A stretch of 64,000 bases of DNA from an uncultured Bacteroidaceae bacterium (GCA_964483145.1 CAZAAK010000001.1:2575-66574), one strand, 5' to 3'; shown: positions 1 to 10,601, counted from the stretch's first letter. Made by a program: numbers and translations. Notes: generated by a model from the letters alone, not told the origin.

Positions 1-1145
1 CATCGGCTTATGGCGTGGATAACGAAAGCTTTTTTGTGCTCAGCAACGGCATTATTGCCACTGGGCAGCATTATGCCCGCGCCGAGTTTATCCCCATTAA
101 GGGCACGCAACTGGCAAAGGTGGCGGAGGTAAACCAGCTGAGCCGCGATGTTTGCGCCGGCAAGTGCACGCTCCTTCAGCTGGAGGAGCGCCTAGAGGAC
201 ATCCGGCAGATCCCTGCCAAGCCTTGGTGGGAGCAGGCGCTGGGCATTGCGTTTGGCGTGGGGTCTTTTTGCCTTTTGTTTGGCGGTAGCTTGGTCGACG
301 GAGCTGTAACTTTTGCCGCGGGGCTGTTGCTGGGCTGTTTTATGGCCTTTGTTTTGCCACATCTGCCGCGCATTTTTGGCAACGTGTTCGGCGGGCTTGT
401 GGGCGGATTGCTTTGCATTGTGGCCTATCGGCTGGGGCTGGGCGAGCACCTGCCCAATATGATTATTGGCACCATTATTGCTTTGGTGCCTGGAGTGCCT
501 TTTACCAACGGCATCCGCGACATGGCCAACGAGGATTACATTGCCGGGGCAACGCGGTTGTTGGATGCCTTTATCTCGTTCCTCTGCATTGCCTTGGGCG
601 TGTGCGTGGCGCTTATTGCCGACGGTCGTTTGTGGCATGGGTTGCTTCAGCTAGGGGCCCCAATGGTGGATGCTTTTGCCGCCCAGTGGTTCGTTCAACT
701 GCCTGCGGCACTGGTGGGGACGATAGGTTTTTCGGTGCTTTTTGGTGCTCCGCGGCGCTATTACTGGGGCTGTGGCATCTGTGGCATGGCTGGGTGGGCG
801 CTGTTTCTGCTGCTCAATGACGATATGCCGGCCTCGGTTGCTGGCTTCACCCCCACCGAGGCGGCTGTATTGGCTTCGTTGTTGGTGGGCGGGCTCTCCC
901 ACGTGCTGGCGCAGAAGCTCAAGTGCCCCACTACCTTGTTCCTGATATGCGGCATTATCCCACTGGTGCCGGGAGGGGCTATCTTCTGGACTGCCTATTA
1001 CTTGGTTGCCAGTCGTTTGGGGATGGCTGCCGGGACGGGTTTTGTGGCGCTCAAGATTACCATTGCCATTGCGGTGGGCATTATTCTGGCGGATGCCCTC
1101 ACGCGGATTTTGTCCCATAAAAAAGCCAGTACCCGACAACTCTAA
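1..1145 (+). CDS. ThrE-like threonine/serine exporter family membrane protein (DUF1212+DUF3815 layout), 5' end outside window
   Basis: The frame is open from base 3 to the stop at 1145. The product is a G/A/L-rich polytopic membrane protein. The GTG at 15 is probably internal. Confidence 0.6.
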   Translation, partial: SAYGVDNESFFVLSNGIIATGQHYARAEFIPIKGTQLAKVAEVNQLSRDVCAGKCTLLQLEERLEDIRQIPAKPWWEQALGIAFGVGSFCLLFGGSLVDGAVTFAAGLLLGCFMAFVLPHLPRIFGNVFGGLVGGLLCIVAYRLGLGEHLPNMIIGTIIALVPGVPFTNGIRDMANEDYIAGATRLLDAFISFLCIALGVCVALIADGRLWHGLLQLGAPMVDAFAAQWFVQLPAALVGTIGFSVLFGAPRRYYWGCGICGMAGWALFLLLNDDMPASVAGFTPTEAAVLASLLVGGLSHVLAQKLKCPTTLFLICGIIPLVPGGAIFWTAYYLVASRLGMAAGTGFVALKITIAIAVGIILADALTRILSHKKASTRQL

Positions 1146-1150
1146 CGCTT

Positions 1151-2545
1151 ATGGCCAAAAACAGAACATTCTACTATTGCCGCGAATGCGGATACCAATC
1201 CAGCAGTTGGCTGGGCAAATGCCCCGCTTGCGGCAAATGGAACACTTTTGATGAGGAAGTGGTGCAAAGGGTGGGCGCCGCCAACAAGCCTGCAGGCAAA
1301 GGCAGTGCGGCGAGCACTCCCAAACTCATACAGCACGTTGCCTATAGCCAAACGCAGCGGATGCCCACCCACTGCGCCGAGTTCGACCGCGTGCTAGGGG
1401 GCGGCATCGTGCCGGGCTCGTTGTTGCTGATAGGGGGCGAGCCGGGCATTGGCAAGAGCACGTTGCTGCTGCAAACGGCGCTAGCGATGAGAGACAAAAA
1501 GATATTGTACGTCAGTGGCGAGGAGAGCGAGGAACAGATAAAGATGCGAGCCGACCGCGTGGGAGCCCCCTCCCTGCCGCGTAGCGGCGCGGAGGGTGGC
1601 GAGGAGGGCTGCTATGTGGTTAGCGAGACCTCCGTGGAGCGTATCCTCGAGCACATCGAGGCGTTGCAGCCTGGGCTGGTTATTGTGGACTCCATACAAA
1701 CGGTCAATACCGAGGCCGTGGAGTCGGGCAGCGGGAGCATCTCGCAAATACGCGAATGCACCACGCAGTTCCAGCGCTATGCCAAAGAGAGTGGGGTGCC
1801 GGTGTTGCTAGTGGGGCATATCACCAAGGACGGCACCCTGGCGGGGCCCAAGGTGATGGAGCATATTGTAGATGCTGTGCTGCAGTTCGAGGGCGACCGC
1901 AACTATGGCTTCCGCATCCTACGCGCGTTGAAGAACCGCTTTGGCTCCACAGCCGAAATTGGCATTTTTGAGATGCGCGGCAGCGGTCTTTGCGAGGTGT
2001 CCAATCCCTCGGAGCTGTTGTTGGCGCACCGCGACGAAGAGCTCAGCGGGGCTGCGGTGGCTGCCACCCTGGAGGGCGTGCGGCCGATGTTCATAGAGGT
2101 GCAGTCGCTGGTTAGTAGCGCCGTTTACGGCACGCCCCAGCGCAATGCCAACGGCTTTGACATGCGCCGGATGAGCATGCTCTTGGCAGTGTTGGAGAAG
2201 CGTTGCGGCTTTAAGTTGGGCGCCAAGGACGTCTTCCTTAATATGGCTGGGGGCATGCGCGTGAACGACCCCGCCATGGATTTGGCCGTGGCGTGTAGCA
2301 TCCTTTCGAGCAATGTCGACCTGCCCATATCGCCGCGTTTTTGCTTTGCTGCCGAGCTGGGCCTCAGCGGCGAGGTGCGCCCCGTGAGCCGCATCGAGCA
2401 GCGCATTGGCGAAGCCGACCGGCTGGGGTTCGAAAAGATTTTTATCTCCAAATACGACGCCAAAGCGGTTGAAAGCCCGCGCCACGGCATCCGGATAGTG
2501 CCGGTGAGCGTTATTGAGGAGGCGTTCCGCGAACTTTTTGCCTAA
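1151..2545 (+). CDS. radA: DNA repair protein RadA/Sms
   Basis: N-terminal zinc finger CRECGYQSSSWLGKCPACGKW, Walker A GEPGIGKST, KNRFG motif, Lon-like C-terminal domain. Confidence 0.95.
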   Translation: MAKNRTFYYCRECGYQSSSWLGKCPACGKWNTFDEEVVQRVGAANKPAGKGSAASTPKLIQHVAYSQTQRMPTHCAEFDRVLGGGIVPGSLLLIGGEPGIGKSTLLLQTALAMRDKKILYVSGEESEEQIKMRADRVGAPSLPRSGAEGGEEGCYVVSETSVERILEHIEALQPGLVIVDSIQTVNTEAVESGSGSISQIRECTTQFQRYAKESGVPVLLVGHITKDGTLAGPKVMEHIVDAVLQFEGDRNYGFRILRALKNRFGSTAEIGIFEMRGSGLCEVSNPSELLLAHRDEELSGAAVAATLEGVRPMFIEVQSLVSSAVYGTPQRNANGFDMRRMSMLLAVLEKRCGFKLGAKDVFLNMAGGMRVNDPAMDLAVACSILSSNVDLPISPRFCFAAELGLSGEVRPVSRIEQRIGEADRLGFEKIFISKYDAKAVESPRHGIRIVPVSVIEEAFRELFA

Positions 2546-2844
2546 GGGGGAGGGGGTAAGTGCTTCTCTAGGGGGGGGATAGGCCCACTTTTTTCGTGTG
2601 TGAGGTTTTTTTTGGGGGGGGTGGAGAAGTGGAATTGTCCACGACCACTGCTGGCACTGAGGAGGCAATATTTGCAAACAAGCGTGTGCGAATTTGCGGA
2701 AAAAAGGAGTTTTTCGTGCCCAAGTCCGCCATGTTTGAAAAAAAAGTATTAAGTATAAGCTGTTGATAACTAATAATATTCAACCATTCCCTGTCTAAAA
2801 TGCCCCCCCCCCGAAAAAATATTTGTGGGTTGAGAAAAAAGGTG

Positions 2845-2852
2845 TACATTTG
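2845..2852 (+). promoter_or_regulatory. Bacteroidetes -7 box TACATTTG
   Basis: Matches the TAnnTTTG consensus about 90 nt upstream of the 2945 start. Confidence 0.4.
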
Positions 2853-2944
2853 CAACCCGAAAGAAGTTTGGTTGCGGGGTGGGGCAGAGAGGTTCTACTC
2901 GCCTGAGCCGCCGATTATAAATATCCAGAACCTCACTTTGTACT

Positions 2945-3283
2945 ATGAACACAGAAAAATACGCAAAAGAGTATTCCGACTCTAAGCTAGAAGGCAAGCT
3001 AGCCAAATTCGCAAAAAGAGCTGGCAAGGGTTTGGTACTTAACGTCCTCAAACTCTACTATGCCATGAAGTTAGGCAAGGTAAATGCAAAGCAAATTGCA
3101 ATAATACTGGGCGCCTTGGGCTATTTTATCGCACCGATTGATGTTATCCCCGACTTTATCCCTGGGGCAGGGTTTATCGATGATATGGCTATCCTCGTTG
3201 CTGCCATTAAAGTGATTAGTGCCTGTAGCGACCCCGAAGTGGTGAGGGCGGCAGAAACAAGGGTATCGAAATTGTTCGGTTGA
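2945..3283 (+). CDS. DUF1232 (YkvA-like) small membrane protein
   Basis: The motif IAPIDVIPDFIPGAGFIDD is typical of DUF1232. Confidence 0.75.
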   Translation: MNTEKYAKEYSDSKLEGKLAKFAKRAGKGLVLNVLKLYYAMKLGKVNAKQIAIILGALGYFIAPIDVIPDFIPGAGFIDDMAILVAAIKVISACSDPEVVRAAETRVSKLFG

Positions 3284-3321
3284 ACGGCACGCAGAACAAT
3301 TCCATTGCCTTAGAGATAAAC

Positions 3322-3358
3322 AAAACGGGGTGCAACTCGATGAGTCGCACCCCGTTTG
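3322..3358. terminator. bidirectional hairpin terminator between convergent genes
   Basis: AAACGGGGTGCAAC...GTCGCACCCCGTTT forms a ~14-bp stem with one mismatch, flanked by A and T runs. It lies between the 3283 stop (+) and the dnaK stop at 3386 (-). Confidence 0.7.
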
Positions 3359-3385
3359 TTTCGGTCTAGCGGAGGTTGATGGTGT

Positions 3386-5314
3386 TTACTTCACCTCTTC
3401 GTAGTCGGCATCTTCGACAGTGTCGTTGCCGCTCTTGCCTTGGTCGGCGTTGTTCGAGCCTTGGTTGGCACCACCCTGGAAGCCGGCTCCGGGGTTGGCC
3501 CCACCGGCCTGCTGCTGGGCTTTGTACATATCCTCGCTGGCAGCTTGCCATGCGGCATTGATCTTTTCCATAGCTTGGTCGATCTGCTGAGCGTTGCGGG
3601 CGGCGTGGGCAGCCTTGAGCTCGGTGAGTGCAGACTCGATGGCGCTCTTCTTGTCGGCGGGAATCTTGTCGCCATACTCCTTCAGGTTCTTCTCGCTTTG
3701 GAAGATCATGCCATCGGCATTGTTGATTTTTTCGATTTCTTCCTTGGCTTTCTTGTCGGCATCGGCATTAGCCTCGGCCTCGGCCTTCATGCGCTTGATT
3801 TCTTCGTCGCTTAGGCCGCTAGAAGCCTCGATGCGGATATTCTGGCTCTTGCCGGTGGCTTTGTCGAGGGCGCTGACATTTAGGATACCGTTGGCATCGA
3901 TGTCGAAGGTGACCTCAATTTGAGGTACTCCACGCGGTGCTGGTGGGATGCCTGCCAAGTGGAAGCGGCCGATGGTCTTGTTCTGGTTGGCCATGGGACG
4001 CTCGCCTTGCAACACGTGTATCTCCACTTCGGGCTGGTTGTCGGCAGCGGTGCTGAACACCTGGCTCTTTTTGGTGGGGATGGTGGTGTTGGCGTCGATA
4101 AGCTTGGTCATGACGCCACCGAGGGTCTCGATGCCGAGGCTCAGTGGGGTAACATCGAGCAGGAGCACATCCTTTACCTCGCCGGTGAGCACACCGCCCT
4201 GAATGGCTGCGCCAACGGCCACAACCTCATCGGGGTTGACGCCCTTGTTGGGCACTTTGCCAAAGAACTTCTCCACAATCTGCTGGATGGCAGGGATACG
4301 CGTGGAGCCGCCGACGAGGATAACCTCATCGATGTCGCTATTGCTCAAACCGGCGTCGCTCATGGCCTTGCGGCAAGGTTCGAGAGTGGACTGGATAAGG
4401 TCGTCGCAGAGTTGCTCGAATTTGGCGCGGGTGAGGGTCTTGACCAAGTGTTGCGGTACGCCATCGACCACGGTGATGTAGGGCAGGTTAATCTCGGTCT
4501 GTTGGCTACTGGAAAGCTCGCATTTTGCTTTTTCGGCAGCTTCCTTCAGCCGTTGCATAGCCATAGGATCCTTGCGCAGGTCCATGTTCTTGTCCCGTTG
4601 GAACTCGTCGGCCAACCAATTGATAATCTTCCGGTCGAAGTCGTCGCCACCCAAATGGGTGTTGCCGTTGGTGGACTTTACCTCAAAGACGCCGTCGCCA
4701 AGGTTGAGGATGGAGATATCAAAAGTGCCACCGCCCAGGTCGAAGACGGCTACATTCATGTCCTTGTTCTTTTTGTCTAGGCCATAGGCCAAAGCGGCAG
4801 CGGTAGGCTCGTTGACGATACGGCGCACTTTAAGGCCTGCAATCTCGCCGGCCTCCTTGGTGGCCTGACGTTGGGCATCGTTGAAGTAAGCGGGCACGGT
4901 GATGACGGCCTCGGTGACTTCCGAGCCGAGGTAGTCCTCGGCGGTCTTTTTCATCTTCTGAAGGATGATGGCGCTGATTTCCTGAGGGGTATAGAGCCGA
5001 CCGTTGATGTCGACGCGGGGGGTGTTGTTGTCGCCTTTGACCACCTTATAGGGTACAGCGGCAATTTCCTGCTGCACTTGGTCGTAGGTCTCGCCCATAA
5101 AACGCTTGATGCTGTATACGGTGTTGTGAGGGTTGGTGATGGCCTGACGTTTGGCAGGGTCACCGACCTTGCGGTCGCCGTTCTCGATGAAGCCTACCAC
5201 CGATGGGGTGGTGCGGTTGCCCTCGCTGTTGGCGATAACAACAGGCTCGCTTCCTTCCATGACTGATACACAACTGTTGGTTGTTCCCAAGTCGATTCCA
5301 ATGATTTTTCCCAT
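3386..5314 (-). CDS. dnaK: molecular chaperone DnaK (Hsp70)
   Basis: Begins [16 protein letters not shown]; Hsp70 signatures run throughout. I place the start at the ATG at 5314, not the upstream ORF extension to 5374. Confidence 0.97.
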   Translation of the reverse strand: MGKIIGIDLGTTNSCVSVMEGSEPVVIANSEGNRTTPSVVGFIENGDRKVGDPAKRQAITNPHNTVYSIKRFMGETYDQVQQEIAAVPYKVVKGDNNTPRVDINGRLYTPQEISAIILQKMKKTAEDYLGSEVTEAVITVPAYFNDAQRQATKEAGEIAGLKVRRIVNEPTAAALAYGLDKKNKDMNVAVFDLGGGTFDISILNLGDGVFEVKSTNGNTHLGGDDFDRKIINWLADEFQRDKNMDLRKDPMAMQRLKEAAEKAKCELSSSQQTEINLPYITVVDGVPQHLVKTLTRAKFEQLCDDLIQSTLEPCRKAMSDAGLSNSDIDEVILVGGSTRIPAIQQIVEKFFGKVPNKGVNPDEVVAVGAAIQGGVLTGEVKDVLLLDVTPLSLGIETLGGVMTKLIDANTTIPTKKSQVFSTAADNQPEVEIHVLQGERPMANQNKTIGRFHLAGIPPAPRGVPQIEVTFDIDANGILNVSALDKATGKSQNIRIEASSGLSDEEIKRMKAEAEANADADKKAKEEIEKINNADGMIFQSEKNLKEYGDKIPADKKSAIESALTELKAAHAARNAQQIDQAMEKINAAWQAASEDMYKAQQQAGGANPGAGFQGGANQGSNNADQGKSGNDTVEDADYEEVK

Positions 5315-5524
5315 AATATTCTTTATTTTGTTTTGTTCGATATACTTTTTTTTCGTCAATTTTGCAACTGACACGTTCTCTCCGCCAATAACCGTGCCAG
5401 TTCATCTGAAATTGGCCTAATACTGACAATCTGGCAGTTTTTTTTCTTCGGCATCGGACTTTGGCTGCAACAATTACGCACTGCCCCAAACAATAATTGG
5501 CCAGTTGCTGCGTTATTTCCCGCA

Positions 5525-6829
5525 ATGATGAATATTGACCTGTTGTACCAGACCTATCTGCAGTCCCGCGCTGTCACCACCGACAGCCGTGCCATCACTC
5601 CGGGCTGTATCTTTTTTGCCTTCAAGGGCGAGAAGTTCGACGGCAACGCCTTCGTTCCGCAAGCCTTGGAGCAGGGTGCCGCCCTTTGTGTTACCAACAA
5701 CTCGCAATACCTCTCCAACAGCCGTTGTATGGTTGTGCGCGATGTACTGACAACTTTGCAGGAACTGGCCAAATGCCATCGTAGGCACCTTACCGTTCCT
5801 GTCATTGGCATCACCGGCACCAATGGCAAGACTACCACCAAGGAGCTAGTCCACGCTGTGCTCAGCCGCCGCTACCGCACCCATGCCACCACGGGCAACC
5901 ATAACAACCATTTGGGGGTGCCGCTCACATTGCTGGCCATGCCTGCCGACGCCGAAGTGGCCATCGTTGAGATGGGGGCCAACCATCCCGGCGAAATCGA
6001 ATCGCTCTGCGCTATTGCCGACCCCGACTTTGGCCTCATTACCAACGTGGGCCGCGCTCATCTGGAGGGATTTGGCAGTTTCGAAGGGGTTGTTCGTACC
6101 AAGACCGAGCTCTACCGCCATCTATCTGCTAGGCAAGGCACGGCTTTTGTGGATGCTAGCAACGATATCCTCCTTAGGCAAGCATCTGCCTGCCACCTGA
6201 CCACAGTTAGCTATGGCGATGCCGACACAGCCCAAGTCCGCGGTCACCTTGTCGGTTCCGACCCTTACATGAAATACTATATGGAGGATGGCGACAATGT
6301 CTACAGCATCCAGTCGCAGCTGCTGGGCAACTACAATTTTGCCAACGCCATGGCCGCCTCCGCCGTAGGACGTTTTTTCCGCGTTGACTACTGGGACATC
6401 AAAGAGGCCATCGAGCAGTACACCCCCGCCAACAACCGTTCGCAGTATAAACAGACTGCCAACAACACCCTTATACTCGACTGCTACAATGCCAATCCCT
6501 CCAGCATGAAGGTGGCCCTCGACAACTTTGAGGCGTTGCGGCGCGGCAACAAAGTGGCGATGCTTGGCAACATGCGCGAACTTGGTGCCGAAAGCCAGCG
6601 GGAACATCAAGCCATTGTCGACCGTCTGCTTGCCCGCCCCGATATCCACTCGGTGCTTGTGGGCTCGGAATTTGCTTTTGCACGGGCTAATGTCGGCTCT
6701 TCGATGCTGTGGTTTGCCACAGTGGAAGAGGCGGTTCGGCATTTCGCCCAGCATCCGCTTACCGGGGCTACCATCCTCCTGAAGGGCTCCAACGGAACTA
6801 GGATGTGGGAGCTGGAAAAAGTGCTGTGA
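5525..6829 (+). CDS. murF: UDP-N-acetylmuramoyl-tripeptide--D-alanyl-D-alanine ligase
   Basis: Mur ligase P-loop GITGTNGKTTTKE, DCYNANPSSM motif, length 434 aa. Confidence 0.9.
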   Translation: MMNIDLLYQTYLQSRAVTTDSRAITPGCIFFAFKGEKFDGNAFVPQALEQGAALCVTNNSQYLSNSRCMVVRDVLTTLQELAKCHRRHLTVPVIGITGTNGKTTTKELVHAVLSRRYRTHATTGNHNNHLGVPLTLLAMPADAEVAIVEMGANHPGEIESLCAIADPDFGLITNVGRAHLEGFGSFEGVVRTKTELYRHLSARQGTAFVDASNDILLRQASACHLTTVSYGDADTAQVRGHLVGSDPYMKYYMEDGDNVYSIQSQLLGNYNFANAMAASAVGRFFRVDYWDIKEAIEQYTPANNRSQYKQTANNTLILDCYNANPSSMKVALDNFEALRRGNKVAMLGNMRELGAESQREHQAIVDRLLARPDIHSVLVGSEFAFARANVGSSMLWFATVEEAVRHFAQHPLTGATILLKGSNGTRMWELEKVL

Positions 6830-6890
6830 CAGCCTTCGGCCTGCACAGGCAAATAACTTTTGGGGCTACCCTCTAGGGCAAAAAATTGAA

Positions 6891-6924
6891 CTGCGGAGCA
6901 AACAGGTTTGCTCCGCAGTTTTTT
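6891..6924 (+). terminator. rho-independent terminator after murF
   Basis: CTGCGGAGCA-loop-TGCTCCGCAG followed by TTTTTT. Confidence 0.8.
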
Positions 6925-6994
6925 GGATGTTGATGTTTGGTGGGCTCTTCGCTAGCGGCAGTGGATGCCGAGGAAGCCCTTGCACAAGGCAGCG

Positions 6995-7849
6995 TTAGAG
7001 GTTGAAGCGGATGCCGAACTCGTGTATACGGCCTTCGTTTTGGTTGCTAGTGGAGTAGGTGGGCAAGAGGTTGAAGTAGACTTCCATGCCGGGGGAGAAA
7101 ATCAGCCATCGGCTTTGGGTGCCGAGAATAATATCGCAGCGGTATTGGTTGAATTGGGCTTTATCGGGCAGGGCCTTGCTAAAGCCGAAATTCAACCCTG
7201 GGGCTATGCCCAAGTACCAGCCGTGGTCGTTGTCCTTGCCAATGAAGGATAGCTTTATGGGCAGGACGATGGAGCTATAGGAGCGCGTCTGTTCCTGACC
7301 ATCGAAATCAGCCACACCCTTATCCAAATGGCTGTAGAAACAGTTGGTGTAGCGGTAGCCGAGCCCGATGTTGGCGTCCCAGCGTTTGGCGATGGGGTGG
7401 TGATAGTCGATAATAGCGCCAAGGTTGAATCCCACGGCATTGAAGAGGTTGTTTGTGCCATAGGCGCGGCGGGCAGTGAGGATGGTGGCATAGGGGTCGG
7501 CCGTGAAGTTGGGCTTGCGGTTCCACTTGGCGTAGTTCTGCTGATGTCGTGCTTTCTTTTCGGCCTTTTTTTGCTCCTTACGGATGGCGTTCTGCTCCTT
7601 GGTTTGCTCGCGTTTGATGCGGTCCTGCTCCTTTTTGGCGGCTTCCTCCTTGGCTTTGGCCTGTTCCTTGGCAAGGCGTTCTTCCTCTTTCTGTTGCTGT
7701 TTTTGCAGGCGTTCCTGCTCCTTTTGCTGCTGGAGCAGCAATTCCTGTTGCTCCTGCTGTTGTTTTTTCAAGAGCTCGTCTTCGTTTTGGGCAAAAATGG
7801 TGCCTGCCGAGAAAAACAGGGCAAGCAATAGGATGTACAATTTCTTCAT
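6995..7849 (-). CDS. outer-membrane beta-barrel protein with Q/E/K-rich spacer
   Basis: Signal peptide MKKLYILLLALFFSAGTIFAQ, then ~90 aa of charged low-complexity sequence, then alternating beta-strand pattern ending ...GIRFNL. Confidence 0.65.
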   Translation of the reverse strand: MKKLYILLLALFFSAGTIFAQNEDELLKKQQQEQQELLLQQQKEQERLQKQQQKEEERLAKEQAKAKEEAAKKEQDRIKREQTKEQNAIRKEQKKAEKKARHQQNYAKWNRKPNFTADPYATILTARRAYGTNNLFNAVGFNLGAIIDYHHPIAKRWDANIGLGYRYTNCFYSHLDKGVADFDGQEQTRSYSSIVLPIKLSFIGKDNDHGWYLGIAPGLNFGFSKALPDKAQFNQYRCDIILGTQSRWLIFSPGMEVYFNLLPTYSTSNQNEGRIHEFGIRFNL

Positions 7850-7897
7850 ATTACAGACAGTTTATTAATGAATACCATAATTTCCGTTTTGGCGGTG

Positions 7898-7905
7898 CAA
7901 AGATA
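7898..7905 (-). promoter_or_regulatory. -7 box TATCTTTG (minus strand)
   Basis: Plus-strand CAAAGATA about 50 nt upstream of the 7849 start. Confidence 0.4.
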
Positions 7906-8068
7906 CAAAATGTTTCTGTTATAGCTAGCACTGTGGTGCTGTTTTGATGATTATTATTCTTGGGGGCGGGAGCCCTTATTGTTTGCTTATCTACTGGCAT
8001 TCATCTAGTTCGGACGGATGCAGAAGATTCGAGACAACGGGCTTGTTTCCCCCACGGGGCAGGGCTTG

Positions 8069-9949
8069 CTATTCCTTTACGATGCTCTCGTAATAGTCCA
8101 CATAAGCCTTGTAGAGCAGTTTGAGGCCCCCAGGGGTGGGGTAGTTGCCGCTGAAGTACCAATCGCCAGTGTGCCCAGGGCAGGCTTCGTGTAGGCCATC
8201 GATGGTTTGATAGATGCATTCCACCGGCACGTCGGAGCCTTCATCGGTAACGAGCTTGCCGATCATTTGTGAGATTTCGTCATTGCTAAAGGGGGCGTAG
8301 ACTTGCTTGACATAGTTCTCGTGGCATTCCTCTTTTGGCAACTCCATGGCGCTTAGGCACTGTTGGTAGACTGTCTCCAACACATCCAGCATGCCACGCT
8401 CGGCAAGGAGGGCAACGGCAGCCTTAAAGGCAATGAACTCCTGAAGGTTGGCCATGTCGATGCCGTAAAAGTCGGGGTAGCGCACTTGAGGGGAGCTTGA
8501 GACGATGATCAGCTTCTTTGGGCGTAGACGGGAGAGAATCTTGACGATGCTGTTCTTGAGGGTGGTGCCGCGCACGATGCTGTCGTCGATAACCACTAGG
8601 TTGTCGACGCCGTCCTGGATAACGCCGTAGGTGACGTCGTAGACGTGCGCAGCCATGTCGTTGCGGGCATTGTGCTCGGTGATGAATGTGCGCAGTTTGA
8701 TATCCTTGATGGCTACCTTTTCGCTACGCACGTGCGAGCTGAGGATGGCGGTGATGGCCTCCTCGGAGAGGATGCCCTGCTTGGAGAGCTGGATGATGGC
8801 ACGGGTCTTTTCGGCATTGAGGCGGTCCTCAAAGCCGTGCAACATGCCATAGTAGGCTGTTTCGGCGGTATTGGGAATAAAGGAGATAACGCTGTGCAGA
8901 AGGTCGTTGTTGCAGGCCTTGAGGATGGCGGGCACTAGGTTGTAGCCCAAATGTTTGCGCTCTTGGTAGATGTCTTTGTCGCTGCCGCGGGAAAAATAGA
9001 TGCGTTCGAAGGAGCATTTGCTGATGTTGGGTTTGGGCTCTAGAATCTGCTCAACGCGGATTTCGTTGCTTTGGTTGGCGAAAATGGCTTGGCCGGGCTG
9101 AAGCTCATGGACCTGCTCCACCAGCACGTTGAGGGTGGTTTGGATAACGGGGCGCTCGGATGCTACCACCAATATCTCATCGTCGTAGTAGTAGAAAGCT
9201 GGCCGGATGCCCCAGGGGTCGCGCAAGGCAAACTGCTCGCCGCTACCTGTCATGCAGCAGATGACAAAACCGCCGTCCCACATGGGGGCGCATTGGCGGA
9301 GGATGGAGGCCATGTCGATGCGCTGCTCGATGTAATGGGTGAGTTCTAGCCCGTGGAGGCCCTCGCTGCGCCCTTGGGCATAGAGCTTCTCCACATGGCG
9401 GTCGAGGCGGTGACCCAGTTGCTCGAGCAACACATAGGTGTCGGACCCGCTACGGGGATACTGCCCCTGCGAGGAGATGAGGTCGAATATTTCCTGGGCG
9501 TTGGTGAGGTTGAAATTGCCGCAGAGGGCCAGGCTACGGGCCCGGTAGTTGTCGCGCCGCACTAGCGGGTGAAGGTATTGGATACCTTGCTTGCCGGTGG
9601 TGCTGTAGCGCAGATGCCCCATGTACATGCCCCCGGCATAGGGCATCTGCTGGAGGTTGACATTCTCCCGTACGCCTTCATTAATCAAGTTGGTGGCCTT
9701 GCTAAAGATTTCGGTAATGGCGTTGCTGCCCATGGCACGCTCGCGGAAGATATATTCGAAGCCGACTTGCGAGTCGGTCTTCAGGCATACGATGCCAGCG
9801 CCGTCTTGCCCGCGGTTGTGCTGCTTTTCCATGAGCAGGTATAGTTTGTTGAGGCCGTGGCGCCAGGTGCCGTGCTCGGCCTGGTAGTATTCAAGGGGTT
9901 TGAGCAGTCGTACTTGTGCTATTCCGCACTCATGTTTCAAAGGCTCCAT
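8069..9949 (-). CDS. purF: amidophosphoribosyltransferase (long class-II glutamine amidotransferase type)
   Basis: N-terminal ...HECGIAQV Ntn-cysteine region and PRTase motif VVIDDSIVRGTT. Confidence 0.85.
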   Translation of the reverse strand: MEPLKHECGIAQVRLLKPLEYYQAEHGTWRHGLNKLYLLMEKQHNRGQDGAGIVCLKTDSQVGFEYIFRERAMGSNAITEIFSKATNLINEGVRENVNLQQMPYAGGMYMGHLRYSTTGKQGIQYLHPLVRRDNYRARSLALCGNFNLTNAQEIFDLISSQGQYPRSGSDTYVLLEQLGHRLDRHVEKLYAQGRSEGLHGLELTHYIEQRIDMASILRQCAPMWDGGFVICCMTGSGEQFALRDPWGIRPAFYYYDDEILVVASERPVIQTTLNVLVEQVHELQPGQAIFANQSNEIRVEQILEPKPNISKCSFERIYFSRGSDKDIYQERKHLGYNLVPAILKACNNDLLHSVISFIPNTAETAYYGMLHGFEDRLNAEKTRAIIQLSKQGILSEEAITAILSSHVRSEKVAIKDIKLRTFITEHNARNDMAAHVYDVTYGVIQDGVDNLVVIDDSIVRGTTLKNSIVKILSRLRPKKLIIVSSSPQVRYPDFYGIDMANLQEFIAFKAAVALLAERGMLDVLETVYQQCLSAMELPKEECHENYVKQVYAPFSNDEISQMIGKLVTDEGSDVPVECIYQTIDGLHEACPGHTGDWYFSGNYPTPGGLKLLYKAYVDYYESIVKE

Positions 9950-10113
9950 GTCGTTTGTTTTGTTTTCTGTTCCGGTTTAATTTTGGGTGGGGCTTGCGGA
10001 CTGAGCCGCTTCACCCCCGCTGTTTAAAGATCCTGCGAAAGTTCGTATAACGTACAAGAGCCTTCGTTATTTTGTTGTGGCAACAAAAAAACGCCTAAGT
10101 GGGAAAAAAAGCG

Positions 10114-10121
10114 TATCTTTG
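10114..10121 (+). promoter_or_regulatory. -7 box TATCTTTG
   Basis: TAnnTTTG match about 48 nt upstream of the 10169 start. Confidence 0.45.
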
Positions 10122-10168
10122 CAACCGGAAAGTTTGTAAAAATCCAATTTATCACGATAGAAAACAAA

Positions 10169-10552
10169 GTGTCAATGGAAAGTAGGAAAGCTATAGCAGT
10201 AGAGAAGAAACGCCAGTGCAACTGCGCTTGTGCGGTGTTGAGCACTTTTTGCGATTTGACGGGAATCGACGAGGAAACGGCCCGCAAGCTCACCTATGGG
10301 TTTGGTGCCGGCATGGGTAACATGGATGGCACTTGCGGTGCGCTTGTGGGGGCTGGCATGGTGTTGGGGCTGGTTAATGGGCGCAAGGCCAGTGCCGACA
10401 TGTGCCATGTGCTTGCCCGTTTTCAGGAGCGCAATGGAGCCATCCAGTGCCGTCGGCTCAAAGGGGTGGACACCGGCATGCCTCTTCGCGCTTGCAACGA
10501 CTGTGTTGCCGATGCGTGTGAGTTTTTGGAGGAGTGCCTAGAGAAACATTAA
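10169..10552 (+). CDS. C_GCAxxG_C_C family protein
   Basis: CNCACAVL and GTCGALVGAGM motifs plus C-terminal paired cysteines. Confidence 0.75.
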   Translation: MSMESRKAIAVEKKRQCNCACAVLSTFCDLTGIDEETARKLTYGFGAGMGNMDGTCGALVGAGMVLGLVNGRKASADMCHVLARFQERNGAIQCRRLKGVDTGMPLRACNDCVADACEFLEECLEKH

Positions 10553-10601
10553 CAAGGCATCCCCCCCCCTGGGAATTGAAGGAACAAAAAAACAACATAT
10601 T

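Noticed and set aside
5315-5524. CIRCE/HrcA operator upstream of dnaK (also checked upstream of grpE)
   Set aside because: No TTAGCACTC-N9-GAGTGCTAA-like inverted repeat is visible in either leader.
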